A stretch of DNA of 64,000 nt from Candidatus Poribacteria bacterium. GTDB lineage: Bacteria; Poribacteria; WGA-4E; WGA-3G. The DNA is taken from NCBI GenBank assembly GCA_965205025.1, contig CBDBFU010000014.1, forward strand, positions 196,041 to 260,040, given 5' to 3'. Of this stretch, positions 48,444-58,750 are shown piece after piece (positions within the stretch are counted from its first letter, which is position 1; each line of letters starts with the position of its first letter). Position numbers and translations under genes: made by a program. The notes under the pieces were generated by a model, which had not been told where the DNA came from, ran no database searches, and saw nothing but the letters and a program-made list of their open reading frames with translations.

Positions 48444-50291
48444 ATGGCAACTAACCAATATATTCCACCAGAAGTTATAGATGAAATTCGTACCAGCAAT
48501 AATATTGTGGATGTAATCTCCGATTGTGGGGTACAATTAAAACAGGCTGGTAGGAATTATCAGGCACTATGTCCATTTCACGATGAGAAAACACCATCCT
48601 TTTCTGTTTCTCCTGAAAAACAGATTTTCTACTGTTTTGGTTGTCAAACTGGCGGTAATGTCATAAGTTTTGTACAAAAACATGAAGGGAAAAACTTCAT
48701 TGAAACAATAAAATGGCTGGCAGACCGGGCAAACATCTCATTACCTGAACGGGATTCAAAATCAAATGAGAGACAAAAAAAAATAAATGCTCTAAGTGAA
48801 CTAAATACATTTGCAATTAAATATTATCATGAACTCCTACGCACCGGTCAACATAGCCAACAAGCACGTGAATATCTAAAGAACCGGGGTGTAATTTCAC
48901 AGACGATTAATCAATTCCAACTCGGCTATGCAAAACAACAGAGACAAGACTTTGTTAAAGCTGCAAAACACGAAGGATATACAATACAGCAATTATTAGA
49001 TGTTGGATTAATTAAAAATGAAGACTATGGTCCACAGGATAGGTTTTGGAATCGGATTCTATTTCCAATCCATAATGCACAAGGCAACCCAGTCGGATTC
49101 GGAGGCAGATCATTATCAGAAGAACACCAACCCAAATATCTTAATTCTCCCGCTACAGTCTTGTATGACAAGAGTAAAATCCTATACAACCTTGATAAGG
49201 CGAGACAATCTATATCAAGAAAACAGTCAGCACTTCTCGTTGAGGGTTATATGGATGTATTAATGCTACATCAACATGGGATTGAGAATGTAATTGCATC
49301 ATCAGGTACATCTCTGAGTCAACAGCACGCATCTCTCTTGAGTCGGTATACTCCAGAAGTCGTAATTGTTTTTGATGGAGACAACTCAGGTCTTCAGGCT
49401 GCTCAACGTGGTCTACACTGTTTAGTCGCTGAAGGTATCCGTGTACGTATTGCCTTAGTTCCTGAAGGCGACGATCCTGATTCTTTTGTGAAAGAACATG
49501 GTGCTGATGAATTTGATAATCTCATTGGTAATGCTATAAACCTAATTGAATTTCAGATACAATCTGCCATACAAGGAAATAATATTCGTAATCCAGAAGT
49601 TAAAACCCAGGTATTGAAGGATACATGTGAGATACTTGTTAATATTCAGAATCGAGTTGAGCGTACCGAGTATGTGAAATATGCAGTAAGAGAGCTTGAT
49701 GTAGACGAAGGATTAATTTGGAGAGAATTGCGCGAGTTAGGCTTGAAAGATACACCCATCCCTCGACAGGGTTCCCAACAAAAGATAAATCAAAAAAAAC
49801 TATCACCACGCGAACAAATTGAACTACAATTCGTCCAATCCTTAATCCAATCTCCTGAACATGTATCTACTGTTAGACACGAATTTGATATCAATGATAT
49901 ACAAGATCCTATTCTTGCAAACATCGCTCAAATACTATGGGATGCAGCTGAAACAAATGAAGAAATTGATATACAACAGGTCCTTAATACTATTGAAGAT
50001 GAAAAACTAAGTGGTTTTATAACCAACGCACTTCTGAACAAGAAGGATATTCCCAACTACCATACACGGATTCAAGGGTGTATTGTCAAGTTGAAAGCTT
50101 ACCTAATTCAAGATATTGAGCAACAAGTGAGAAAATCATCACAAGCAGATGATAATGATCTTGATACTCTCAAGGAATTAGTTAACATTTCAAATAGAAG
50201 AAAAAATTATGTTCAAGAGAAGCAATCTGAACAAAAGGAAAATAACAACAAGTCTGAGATAGCAACGGACACACCAGTAAATTCTAAGTAA
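48444..50291 (+). CDS. dnaG: DNA primase
   Basis: Zinc ribbon 'CPFHDEKTPSFSVSPEKQIFYCFGCQTGGNVISF', RNA-polymerase domain, Toprim 'LVEGYMDV...DGDNSG'. Confidence 0.9.
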   Translation: MATNQYIPPEVIDEIRTSNNIVDVISDCGVQLKQAGRNYQALCPFHDEKTPSFSVSPEKQIFYCFGCQTGGNVISFVQKHEGKNFIETIKWLADRANISLPERDSKSNERQKKINALSELNTFAIKYYHELLRTGQHSQQAREYLKNRGVISQTINQFQLGYAKQQRQDFVKAAKHEGYTIQQLLDVGLIKNEDYGPQDRFWNRILFPIHNAQGNPVGFGGRSLSEEHQPKYLNSPATVLYDKSKILYNLDKARQSISRKQSALLVEGYMDVLMLHQHGIENVIASSGTSLSQQHASLLSRYTPEVVIVFDGDNSGLQAAQRGLHCLVAEGIRVRIALVPEGDDPDSFVKEHGADEFDNLIGNAINLIEFQIQSAIQGNNIRNPEVKTQVLKDTCEILVNIQNRVERTEYVKYAVRELDVDEGLIWRELRELGLKDTPIPRQGSQQKINQKKLSPREQIELQFVQSLIQSPEHVSTVRHEFDINDIQDPILANIAQILWDAAETNEEIDIQQVLNTIEDEKLSGFITNALLNKKDIPNYHTRIQGCIVKLKAYLIQDIEQQVRKSSQADDNDLDTLKELVNISNRRKNYVQEKQSEQKENNNKSEIATDTPVNSK

Positions 50292-50310
50292 TATAAAGGA
50301 GAACTAAGCA

Positions 50311-51918
50311 GTGGACTTAGAAACAACCCACCCACTTGATATAACGGAATCGGATAACAGCGATCAAATTGAAATAGATGAGTTAATCGATTTACCCCCA
50401 GGGGAAGTAAGTGAACGGGAGGACCTCATTAAGGTCTATTTACGCGATATGGGAAAAATACCGTTGCTTGATAAAGATATGGAGATCGAATTGTCTCAAC
50501 AAATTGAGATGGGTCACCATCAAGTACAAGAAGCAACATTCACAACGCGATTGGCAATTGCCGAGGTAAGAAAACTATTATATAAGATCATAATTGCCAA
50601 AAAACGTGCTTCTGATCTCATTGATATGAGAATTTCAAGCAATTCCACGCGCGATAAAGAACGGAAACTTCGTAATAAGGTAGAGAAGACTATGCGTGTG
50701 ATTGAAGAACTGGAATTGGAGTATCTTGATGCTGCGAAAAAATCCATCAATGACAATTCTCAGGTGGAACTCCCAACGATAGGAAATCACTCTACATTTT
50801 TAAAGCACATTGAACAACTGAAGATTGACCGTGAAGAAATAAGTAAAATCTCCGGTCAAGTAAAAGATGTGGAACGAAACATAAGTGACCGTGAACAAGC
50901 TATTTTACGCCTTCAAAGTGAACATAAGATCTCTCCCGAATGGTCAAATGGCAGGATTGATGTCAAATTGAAGGAGTTTAAATCTGATGCTGCCAAACAA
51001 GCATATATACAAATTGTACGATATGAACGTGAAATACAGCAATATCTCAACACAATAGGCATATCACGGGATTCCCTCCATAGTATTACAAAACAGATTT
51101 GTTTAGGAGAAGCAAATGCCCAAGATGCTAAAATGGCAATTGTTGAAGCAAATCTTCGATTAGTCGTTAGTATCGCAAAGAAATATAGACATCAAGCTCC
51201 TGGACTTGAATTTCTTGATTTAATTCAAGAAGGCAACATAGGATTAATGCGGGCTGTAGATAAATTCGACTATCAAAGAGGATTTAAGTTCAGTACTTAT
51301 GCAACATGGTGGATTCGTCAGAGCATTACTCGTGCCATTGCTGACCAAGGACGAACAATACGGATACCTGTACATATGCACGAAAGAATCAATAAAATGC
51401 GACGGGCAGAACGCTCATTACTTCAAGAAATAGGTCGAAGACCTACACCCGAAGAAATTGCTGATGATATGGGAATACCACCAGAAAAAGTAAGAGAAGT
51501 ATTAAGAATTGTTCCTGAAACAGTTTCGCTGGAAACACCTATCGGTGATGACGACGATGATAGTCAATTAGGGGATTTTATTGAGGATGTAAGCGTTTTA
51601 TCCCCTTCCACTGAGGCAGAACTCAGTATCCTAAAAGAACGTATACAAGAAGCACTCATTGATCTTTCTGAAAGAGAACGTGAAGTTATTGTTCTTAGGT
51701 TTGGCATTGAAGATGATTCCAATAATCCTCTGTTGTCTGAGCATACACGTCAACGGATAGAAGAATTATGTATCACTACTGGATATCCTAAGACACTTGA
51801 AGAAGTGGGTGAGGTATTTGCTGTTACACGAGAACGTATACGCCAAATTGAGGCGAAAGCACTCCGAAAACTACGCCATCCTGTTCGGAGCCATCGACTT
51901 CGTGGATTCATTGAGTAG
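50311..51918 (+). CDS. rpoD: primary RNA polymerase sigma factor (sigma-70)
   Basis: Region 2 '[42 protein letters not shown]', region 3/4 'IRIPVHM', 'VLRFG...[29 protein letters not shown]'; an extra Asp-rich stretch and about 30 aa inserted in region 4.1; sits in the dnaG-rpoD operon context. Confidence 0.9.
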   Translation: MDLETTHPLDITESDNSDQIEIDELIDLPPGEVSEREDLIKVYLRDMGKIPLLDKDMEIELSQQIEMGHHQVQEATFTTRLAIAEVRKLLYKIIIAKKRASDLIDMRISSNSTRDKERKLRNKVEKTMRVIEELELEYLDAAKKSINDNSQVELPTIGNHSTFLKHIEQLKIDREEISKISGQVKDVERNISDREQAILRLQSEHKISPEWSNGRIDVKLKEFKSDAAKQAYIQIVRYEREIQQYLNTIGISRDSLHSITKQICLGEANAQDAKMAIVEANLRLVVSIAKKYRHQAPGLEFLDLIQEGNIGLMRAVDKFDYQRGFKFSTYATWWIRQSITRAIADQGRTIRIPVHMHERINKMRRAERSLLQEIGRRPTPEEIADDMGIPPEKVREVLRIVPETVSLETPIGDDDDDSQLGDFIEDVSVLSPSTEAELSILKERIQEALIDLSEREREVIVLRFGIEDDSNNPLLSEHTRQRIEELCITTGYPKTLEEVGEVFAVTRERIRQIEAKALRKLRHPVRSHRLRGFIE

Positions 51919-52007
51919 TCATGTATCAGATACTTTGTAGAATCCAACGGATTATTTTATAAAATTCTTGAATTTTAATTATATGGAAGGTATAATTAAG
52001 ATACTAA

Positions 52008-52081
52008 GGGTCCATAGCTCAGTGGTCAGAGCCGTCGGCTCATAACCGACTGGTCCCTAGGTTCGAGTCCTAGTGGGCCCA
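52008..52081 (+). tRNA. tRNA-Met (anticodon CAT; elongator Met versus lysidine-Ile2 is not distinguishable by eye)
   Basis: Acceptor GGGTCCA/TGGGCCC (one G-U), D-arm GCTC-AGTGGTCA-GAGC, anticodon stem GTCGG/CCGAC with loop CTCATAA, T-arm CTAGG-TTCGAGT-CCTAG. It lacks the three G-C pairs of an initiator anticodon stem. Confidence 0.8.
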
Positions 52082-52093
52082 TTCTTCTTTTTA

Positions 52094-52166
52094 GGGGCGT
52101 TAGCTCAGGGGTACGAGCGCTACCTTCACACGGTAGAAGTCACTGGTTCAAATCCAGTACGCCCCA
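52094..52166 (+). tRNA. tRNA-Val (anticodon CAC)
   Basis: Acceptor GGGGCGT/ACGCCCC, D-arm GCTC-AGGGGTAC-GAGC, anticodon stem CTACC/GGTAG with loop TTCACAC, T-arm ACTGG-TTCAAAT-CCAGT. Confidence 0.8.
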
Positions 52167-52223
52167 TTATCAAGAAAACACCCCAATTACCCACTTACTA
52201 TATCTATTTACCCAACAATAACT

Positions 52224-52664
52224 ATGCATGAGCATGAACCCCGTTGGATACAACGTGCAAACAGTTTTAAGAGAGCATTAGCTCAATTGAAATCGGCTGT
52301 TAAACTAAGGGAACAACGTGAACTTTCAGATTTAGAATCACAAGGCTTAATACAAAGGTTTGAATTTACACATGAACTCGCTTGGAAAACTCTGAAAAAT
52401 TTCCTTGAATCTAAAGGTTTGATGAATTTATACGGTTCACGAGACACAACACGGGCAAGAGATGACTTTAGGAATGGATCTGATATTGATTTGACGTTGT
52501 ATGGTGGGGATGAACTAACACACACTGTTGTTTCTCAAATTTCAATTGACCTTGACGATCAATTGCTACCGTATACCATTGATTTATCTATTTTTAAGAA
52601 TCTTCGTAATCCTGAAATGATTAAAGAAATTGAACGCATTGGAAAAATATTCTACAGAAGATAA
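52224..52664 (+). CDS. fused HI0074-like nucleotidyltransferase-substrate-binding domain plus minimal nucleotidyltransferase (MNT) domain
   Basis: N-terminal half 'WIQRANSFKRALAQL...FEFTHELAWKTLKNFLESKG' (HI0074/NTase_sub_bind-like); C-terminal half 'YGS-x13-DIDL' fits the MNT hG[GS]x9-13DhD motif and 'PYTIDLSIF'. Normally these are two separate toxin/antitoxin-like proteins. Confidence 0.55.
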   Translation: MHEHEPRWIQRANSFKRALAQLKSAVKLREQRELSDLESQGLIQRFEFTHELAWKTLKNFLESKGLMNLYGSRDTTRARDDFRNGSDIDLTLYGGDELTHTVVSQISIDLDDQLLPYTIDLSIFKNLRNPEMIKEIERIGKIFYRR

Positions 52665-52808
52665 CGTGAGTTTGATAATAGGTTTATGAACTTCATTTTA
52701 TCTAAAATATTACTCTCATAGACCCGGTAGGTGCGGTTTCCTAACCGCACTGAATTCAAAAATTTGAGTTTTCAAACTCACGTAGAAGATAGATTGTTAA
52801 GGTCATAA

Positions 52809-53579
52809 ATGCAAGAATTCAAAATTGGAAATCACACATATACATCAAGGCTCTTAATCGGCACAGCAGGATATCCGAATTTCCAGATCATGACAGAAGC
52901 AATCTTGGCAAGTGGAGCAGAAATAGCTACTGTTTCGATGCGTAGAGTTAAATTTACTGATTCATCTGAAGAGAATCTATTTACACTTCTAAGTGAACGA
53001 GGAATTACAATACTCCCAAATACTGCTGGGTGTTTTACTGCCAAGGATGCAATCTTAACTGCACAGCTTGCACAAGAAGCACTTGCAACCTCATTGATTA
53101 AACTCGAAGTAATAGGTGATGATCAGACACTATTCCCAGATGTTGAGCAACTACTCTCTGCTGCGGACACTCTTGTAAAGGATGGATTTACTGTTCTCCC
53201 CTATTGCAATGATGACCCTATTACATGTAAGAAATTAGAAGACCTTGGCTGTGTAGCAGTTATGCCGTTAGGTGCACCCATTGGTTCTGGAATGGGGATT
53301 CGAAACCCATATAACATACAAATAATACGTGATAGTGTCAATGTTCCACTTATTGTCGATGCGGGGGTCGGAACAGCATCAGATGCAGCAATCGCAATGG
53401 AATTAGGATGCGATGGTGTATTACTCAACACTGCTGTTGCCAAAGCACACCGACCTGTCCTTATGGCAGAAGCCATGAAGAAAGCTGTAGAAGCTGGCCG
53501 TGCTGCATTCTTAGCAGGACGTATTCCTCGGAAACTCTATGCTACTGCTTCAAGTCCACAAGATGGATTGATAGAGTAA
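52809..53579 (+). CDS. thiG: thiazole synthase
   Basis: '[10 protein letters not shown]', 'IKLEVIGDD', '[28 protein letters not shown]'. Confidence 0.9.
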   Translation: MQEFKIGNHTYTSRLLIGTAGYPNFQIMTEAILASGAEIATVSMRRVKFTDSSEENLFTLLSERGITILPNTAGCFTAKDAILTAQLAQEALATSLIKLEVIGDDQTLFPDVEQLLSAADTLVKDGFTVLPYCNDDPITCKKLEDLGCVAVMPLGAPIGSGMGIRNPYNIQIIRDSVNVPLIVDAGVGTASDAAIAMELGCDGVLLNTAVAKAHRPVLMAEAMKKAVEAGRAAFLAGRIPRKLYATASSPQDGLIE

Positions 53580-53634
53580 AATTCTGTAAATCATATTCAC
53601 CCAATCTATGGTACAATAAAGTATTAGAAATTAG

Positions 53635-54855
53635 ATGAAAAAAACTACCCTTCCTATTCTGATAGGGATCGCTGTATACACACTCCTGTTTTCCCCATTT
53701 TCGCAACCCACGGATGCACAATTACAAGATCAATTTGGACAAGATCTACAACAGCTTGTGCCACCAACCCCACCAAAGACTGATACAGCTAAACTCACTA
53801 TTGATCCAAATATAACAAATACCTTTAATAATCACATTGAGCTTGGATTGAGTGTTGACCCATACACAAGTAGTCTTGCTGGGCAAGAAAATCCACAGCT
53901 AATTGGGTTAATAAATCGGTTTGGTGTAAACTTTCAAGGTGATTTACCGATTGTAGATAAGAAATTGATGCTAAAATTATCTTATTCTCCGCAATATGAA
54001 AACTATAATGGAGCAGAAGGAAAACTTGATGAATTTGATGCATTTACAGACAGGTCTCTCACTGAGTTAAGCTATAGTCCATTTTCAAATTCTCCTGAAA
54101 TTACATTTTCACACAACCTTAAACGTCTGAAACGAACATTACCTGTCTATAATAATACTGATCGTCAGATAGGACTAAGGTTCGGTCGTTTATTTGAATA
54201 CAACTTTCGTATTCATAGATTTGATGATGAATCTGAACTAAGAGAGGATTTCCTTCTTATTGGTTCAACCAGCCATAGAGCAACAACCCGTTTACAGTTT
54301 GGTTTACTCAGACAGATGATTGGAAAGGTTGAGTATTCGATTGAAAATGCCCGATACCAGACAAATCTAAATAATCTAATATTAGGTATTTCTGGTCTGG
54401 AAGAAGGGGAAATAAGGGGTGATTGGAGACATGCTGGTAGTATAGAATTGTTACAGGTAATCACGAAACGAATTGTATTTCAGGAAGAGGTTAACCTATT
54501 TAATAACCGTTCTAATGTAGATTTTTTTAATTTTCAAAGCACAGAAGCTGCATTTAGTACATTCTATAAGTTAGATACAGAAGATTGGGTTCGAATACGC
54601 CTTTCTCGGCTTTGGGTCGTTTTTGAACACAGAGGAATACGGGATGCAGAAGGTGCTATTATGGAGAATGCAGGAAATCGGAGTGATAGACAATTCAGTA
54701 TAAATACACAAACAAATTGGCAATTCTACGATAATATCTCACTAAATTTAGATTACAAATATACCTATAATGATTCGAATCAGATTGATCCGTTATACAG
54801 TTTTTTAGACTATCAACATAGTATATTAAGCGTAACATTACGCGGTAGTTATTAA
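53635..54855 (+). CDS. putative outer-membrane beta-barrel protein
   Basis: Signal 'LPILIGIAVYTLLFSPFSQPTDA'; alternating amphipathic strands; C-terminal aromatic end '...LRGSY'. Confidence 0.45.
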   Translation: MKKTTLPILIGIAVYTLLFSPFSQPTDAQLQDQFGQDLQQLVPPTPPKTDTAKLTIDPNITNTFNNHIELGLSVDPYTSSLAGQENPQLIGLINRFGVNFQGDLPIVDKKLMLKLSYSPQYENYNGAEGKLDEFDAFTDRSLTELSYSPFSNSPEITFSHNLKRLKRTLPVYNNTDRQIGLRFGRLFEYNFRIHRFDDESELREDFLLIGSTSHRATTRLQFGLLRQMIGKVEYSIENARYQTNLNNLILGISGLEEGEIRGDWRHAGSIELLQVITKRIVFQEEVNLFNNRSNVDFFNFQSTEAAFSTFYKLDTEDWVRIRLSRLWVVFEHRGIRDAEGAIMENAGNRSDRQFSINTQTNWQFYDNISLNLDYKYTYNDSNQIDPLYSFLDYQHSILSVTLRGSY

Positions 54856-54914
54856 AATCAAATCATCATCCCACCCAATTTCCTCAACAAACTCTGTTGA
54901 ATCAATAATTATAG

Positions 54915-56450
54915 TTATCTCTCTCGTTGTCCTTTATAGAGTTTTAACCTTCCTTTAGCATCTATCAGACTATAACATGCTTCAATTTCCTTAGAAACCT
55001 TCTCTGTATTAGGATCACCCCACAATAATAGATAATCAACATTGTCAGCATAATCACATAAATCAATCTGTTCTGATCGCCAATGGACAGTCTGTACCCA
55101 TTCCTTTTCATCGGTTGGTGTTTCAAATGTGGGTTTGAAGTGAACAGGAAAATAGTCAAACTGAACTTCATAGTTTCCAAGATTGATACAGCCGTTATCA
55201 AGACAATAATAATTGGCACCATTGACAAAAATGCCTACTCTTAAGGACTCTCCACCAGAGTCAAACTGTAAAGGAAGAATAACACTATTATCCTCAACTT
55301 TCTCAACGAAAGCATTGAATTCATCTAATTCAGTGTTTAGTTTTTTACAGAGTATACCAATATAGGTGATATTAACTATTGCCAACATTGTTACTGCTAC
55401 TGTAAATACTCTCTTCCAACTACGATTCTCACTTAATCTGAAACATGCAAACAAAGACAACATTGATAGAATCAACAATCTGTCGTTTACCCATCCACCG
55501 GGACCAACGTTATTAGGTAGGATTAGATATAGACCGAACAGGACAACAAATAGAATCAAGAATAGTTTCTGTCCTGTATTCTCCTTGAAGAATTCCATTC
55601 TGCTTTTCCAAAAAGTAAAAATAGTAAGAAAAAGTAAAAATGCAAAAACACAATATGCTATCCAAGATTGATTTTGATTATATGCGACTAACACCTTTAA
55701 ACCGACAAGATTTTCCAATAAACCACCTATTCTTCCAAAATCAATATCTGGGAGTCTACCAGATAATAAATCGGATGTTGGCAAATATACCAAAAACATT
55801 AATGCAGCAGGTAGAACTGAACATCCGGTAAGCAAGATCTTTTTAAAGTTACGTCTATAGTGGACTACGGTGAGCAATGCAATCGAGAATAGAACAAAGG
55901 CATACGAAATCAAATGTGCAAAGTAGGTTATCAGTATTAATAGATTGATATAGATAATTTTTCTCGTATCCAAATTATCCTTGTATTTCCACCAGAACCC
56001 TAATGCTAAGAAAAACAGTGGAACACTCACTGCAAAGTTGTAGAAACCCATTAAGAGAAGATAGTTATAGATGAAGGTAAAACTCAGAATTACTAACGAA
56101 TTCTGGTTTGGTCTCACAGCATTTAGAAAATAATGAATAGATACTGGGAAAAGGATAACATATAGACTCAAGAAAACCTTCTCTGCATATAATGGTGAGA
56201 AGATATACATTAATAATGTCAACGATATATGTGATAACCAGTTAGGGAATGGGAACCAATGAATGTCGTAGTAATCACCAAACTCAAAATCAGGATTATT
56301 ATAATCTGTAATTATGTGTGAGTTATAGACATGGCTTATACCATCTTGTGTAGGGAAGTAGGTGAAAAGCCAAATTGGTAATAGATAGAAAAATATCAGT
56401 GTACCAATTAGCAAATTTGATTTCGTGTAATACCTTGAAAGATCTTTCAT
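54915..56450 (-). CDS. polytopic integral membrane protein (about 12 TM) with a C-terminal soluble domain; function unknown
   Basis: Hydrophobic segments throughout the first 390 aa; possibly a glycosyl/oligosaccharyl-transferase-like (GT-C) topology, with no motif-level support. Confidence 0.4.
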   Translation of the reverse strand: MKDLSRYYTKSNLLIGTLIFFYLLPIWLFTYFPTQDGISHVYNSHIITDYNNPDFEFGDYYDIHWFPFPNWLSHISLTLLMYIFSPLYAEKVFLSLYVILFPVSIHYFLNAVRPNQNSLVILSFTFIYNYLLLMGFYNFAVSVPLFFLALGFWWKYKDNLDTRKIIYINLLILITYFAHLISYAFVLFSIALLTVVHYRRNFKKILLTGCSVLPAALMFLVYLPTSDLLSGRLPDIDFGRIGGLLENLVGLKVLVAYNQNQSWIAYCVFAFLLFLTIFTFWKSRMEFFKENTGQKLFLILFVVLFGLYLILPNNVGPGGWVNDRLLILSMLSLFACFRLSENRSWKRVFTVAVTMLAIVNITYIGILCKKLNTELDEFNAFVEKVEDNSVILPLQFDSGGESLRVGIFVNGANYYCLDNGCINLGNYEVQFDYFPVHFKPTFETPTDEKEWVQTVHWRSEQIDLCDYADNVDYLLLWGDPNTEKVSKEIEACYSLIDAKGRLKLYKGQRER

Positions 56451-56629
56451 AATTTATCCCTTTAGATACGTAAATCCTCTCACGCGACTGATTCTACTTT
56501 CATCTTACCATATTTCTACATTTTAATAATCAACGAATTGATTCTATCACATTCCTATCCTACTGGATAGTCCACGCTAAATTTACAAGTTGTCTTTTTC
56601 GATAGAAGCAATCATACAAAAACCATTAC

Positions 56630-57150
56630 CTCGTCCCGGTAGGTGCGGTTTCATGTAGATTAAGAAAATATTTCGGTAATTCTAATTTTCCCAAACACGG
56701 TAGGTGCGGTTTCCCGGGGAATGCCTTATGGCATTCATACCGTTGATTCACCACGGGGAATGCTAAATAGCATTCATACCGTTGATTTGGATCTTTCTTT
56801 AAAATTACAGAATTTAAAAATTAATCTACATCTAACCGCACTATTAGCGTCAATTTTAGACTATGATTTTATTGGTATTGAGTCCCATAGGGACGGAATG
56901 TTTATAGAAAATGTGTATATCCCATAATTGAGTCCCGGGGAATGCCTAAATGGCATTCATACCCGGTGAACGCCAAAAGGCGTTCAACCGTTGATTCCTT
57001 GATTTGGTAGGGACGGAATGTATATAGAAGTCGTTATCAGCTAATATCCTAAGCCCCAGCGGGGCGAAATGTTTGTAGAAAACGGTTAAACCCACTAACA
57101 AAGCCCCAGCGGGGCGAAATGTGTATCCTGAAATTGATGCTTATGGTTTG
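56630..57150. repeat. cluster of nested palindromic units (C, B-MITE 56653-56830, D, E, F1-19nt-F2 composite)
   Basis: The family-C hairpin 'CCGGTAGGTGCGGTTTC | CTAACCGCACT' is split by a 178-bp B-MITE (TIR ATGTAGATTAAG / CTTAATCTACAT) that itself carries two D-type hairpins. Further downstream are E units (GTCCCATAGGGACGGAATGT) and AAGCCCCAGCGGGGCGAAATGT..TAGAAAAC + 18 nt + AAGCCCCAGCGGGGCGAAATGTGTATCC. Confidence 0.65.
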
Positions 57151-57411
57151 TAAACTTGTTGTCACAAGGGAGGGAGATTAAGCATAATAGTGTATCTATC
57201 TGACTATGGGAAACCTGAAGGGAGGGAACACTGATACCCAATTAAAAACGTATCATGATTCGAAGAACGTACCTTCAAGTGATTCATGCCAAAAACTTTA
57301 CACACCCCATGTAACATGTAACCCTAAATCTTGCTATTATCATCAAACTGTGCTAACATTGCTCAATATGCAGAATCTTGTTTCCCAGATTTCGATATAA
57401 GGAGATTGTCA

Positions 57412-58746
57412 ATGACATTAGATCAGGTAAAACAGATAATTCAAGAGAAAGGCATAGAGTTCTTCCTATGCTCTTTCGTTGAGATGAGCGGTGCACCAAA
57501 GGCAAAAGTCATTCCAGCAACCCATCTTGAGAATATGGCGAATGAAGGTGCGGGTTTTGGTGGGTTTGCCGCTGGTGAAATAGGACAGTCTCCACATGAT
57601 CCAGAGATGGCAAGTATTCCGGATTTTAACTCACTCACTGTTGTTCCGTGGAAGGATAAATTAGCTTGGGTGGCAGGCGATATGTACGTAGAAGGAGAAT
57701 CTTGGCACTATTGTCCACGGACTATTCTAAAAAAGCAATTGGCGAAAGCACATGAATTAGGCTATACCTTCAATGTTGGAATAGAAGCGGAATTTATGTT
57801 GTTAAAACAGGATGAGAATGGAAATTATATCCCGTGGGATACACTTGATACAATGGATAAACCCTGTTATGACCTTAAAGCCTTGTATCGAAATCTTGAT
57901 ATGATGACAACTCTGATAAAATACATGCAAGAACTGGGATGGGAACCTTATGCAAACGATCATGAAGATGGAACATGTCAATATGAACTAAATTGGACAT
58001 ATTCAGATGCTTTAACAACCGCAGATAGACACACATTTTTTAAATGGATGGTCAAAACAGTAGCAGAGGAAAGCGGTCTATTGGCAACCTTTATGCCAAA
58101 ACCATTTTCAAACCTTACAGGAAACGGCGCACATTTCCATATGAGTCTATGGGACGAGGATAATCAGAAAAACCTCTTCTTAGATGAAGATGACCCGTAT
58201 GGTCTTTCACAACTTGGATATTGGTTTACTGGAGGTATCCTTCATCATGCAAGTGCATTGACAGCTGTCACGAATCCTCTTGTAAATAGCTACAAACGCT
58301 TAGTACGAAAAAAACCCCGATCTGGTTCAACATGGGCACCAGTCTATGTCACCTATGGTGCCAATAACCGAACCCAAATGATCCGAATTCCTGCAGAAGG
58401 ACGAATTGAAAATCGATTAGGCGATGGTGCAGCGAATCCGTATCTCGCAGCAACAGTTCTTCTCGCCGCAGGATTAAATGGTATCAAAAATAAGATTGAT
58501 CCGGGTGAGGCAAATGAAGATAACCTTTATGAAATATCCGATCTTGAAATGGAATTTAGAGGGATCTATTCACTTCCTTCCACATTGTTTGAAGCAGTAG
58601 ATTTTCTTGAAGAAGACGAAATTATAAGGAAATCCCTTGGACCGGAATATGCTGACTATTTCATTGAAGTCAAACGGGAAGAATGGCATAACTACAATTC
58701 AAGTGTCAGTCAATGGGAAACCGACAATTATCTAACAGTATATTAA
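57412..58746 (+). CDS. glutamine synthetase family protein (GlnA/GS type I-like catalytic domain; could be a gamma-glutamyl-amine synthetase)
   Basis: 'FMPKPFSNLTGNGAHFHMSLWD', 'NPYL' and 'GxGxHxHxS' GS catalytic motifs; start at ATG 57412 with TAAGGAGATTGTCA upstream (the track ORF starts further upstream, without an SD). Confidence 0.8.
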   Translation: MTLDQVKQIIQEKGIEFFLCSFVEMSGAPKAKVIPATHLENMANEGAGFGGFAAGEIGQSPHDPEMASIPDFNSLTVVPWKDKLAWVAGDMYVEGESWHYCPRTILKKQLAKAHELGYTFNVGIEAEFMLLKQDENGNYIPWDTLDTMDKPCYDLKALYRNLDMMTTLIKYMQELGWEPYANDHEDGTCQYELNWTYSDALTTADRHTFFKWMVKTVAEESGLLATFMPKPFSNLTGNGAHFHMSLWDEDNQKNLFLDEDDPYGLSQLGYWFTGGILHHASALTAVTNPLVNSYKRLVRKKPRSGSTWAPVYVTYGANNRTQMIRIPAEGRIENRLGDGAANPYLAATVLLAAGLNGIKNKIDPGEANEDNLYEISDLEMEFRGIYSLPSTLFEAVDFLEEDEIIRKSLGPEYADYFIEVKREEWHNYNSSVSQWETDNYLTVY

Positions 58747-58750
58747 ATAT

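Noticed and set aside
52665-52808. TPP riboswitch upstream of thiG
   Set aside because: No CUGAGA / ACCUGAUCUGGAUAAUGCCAGCG-like conserved THI-box elements are visible. The interval contains only the TAACGTGAGTTTGATAATA motif and a family-C hairpin.
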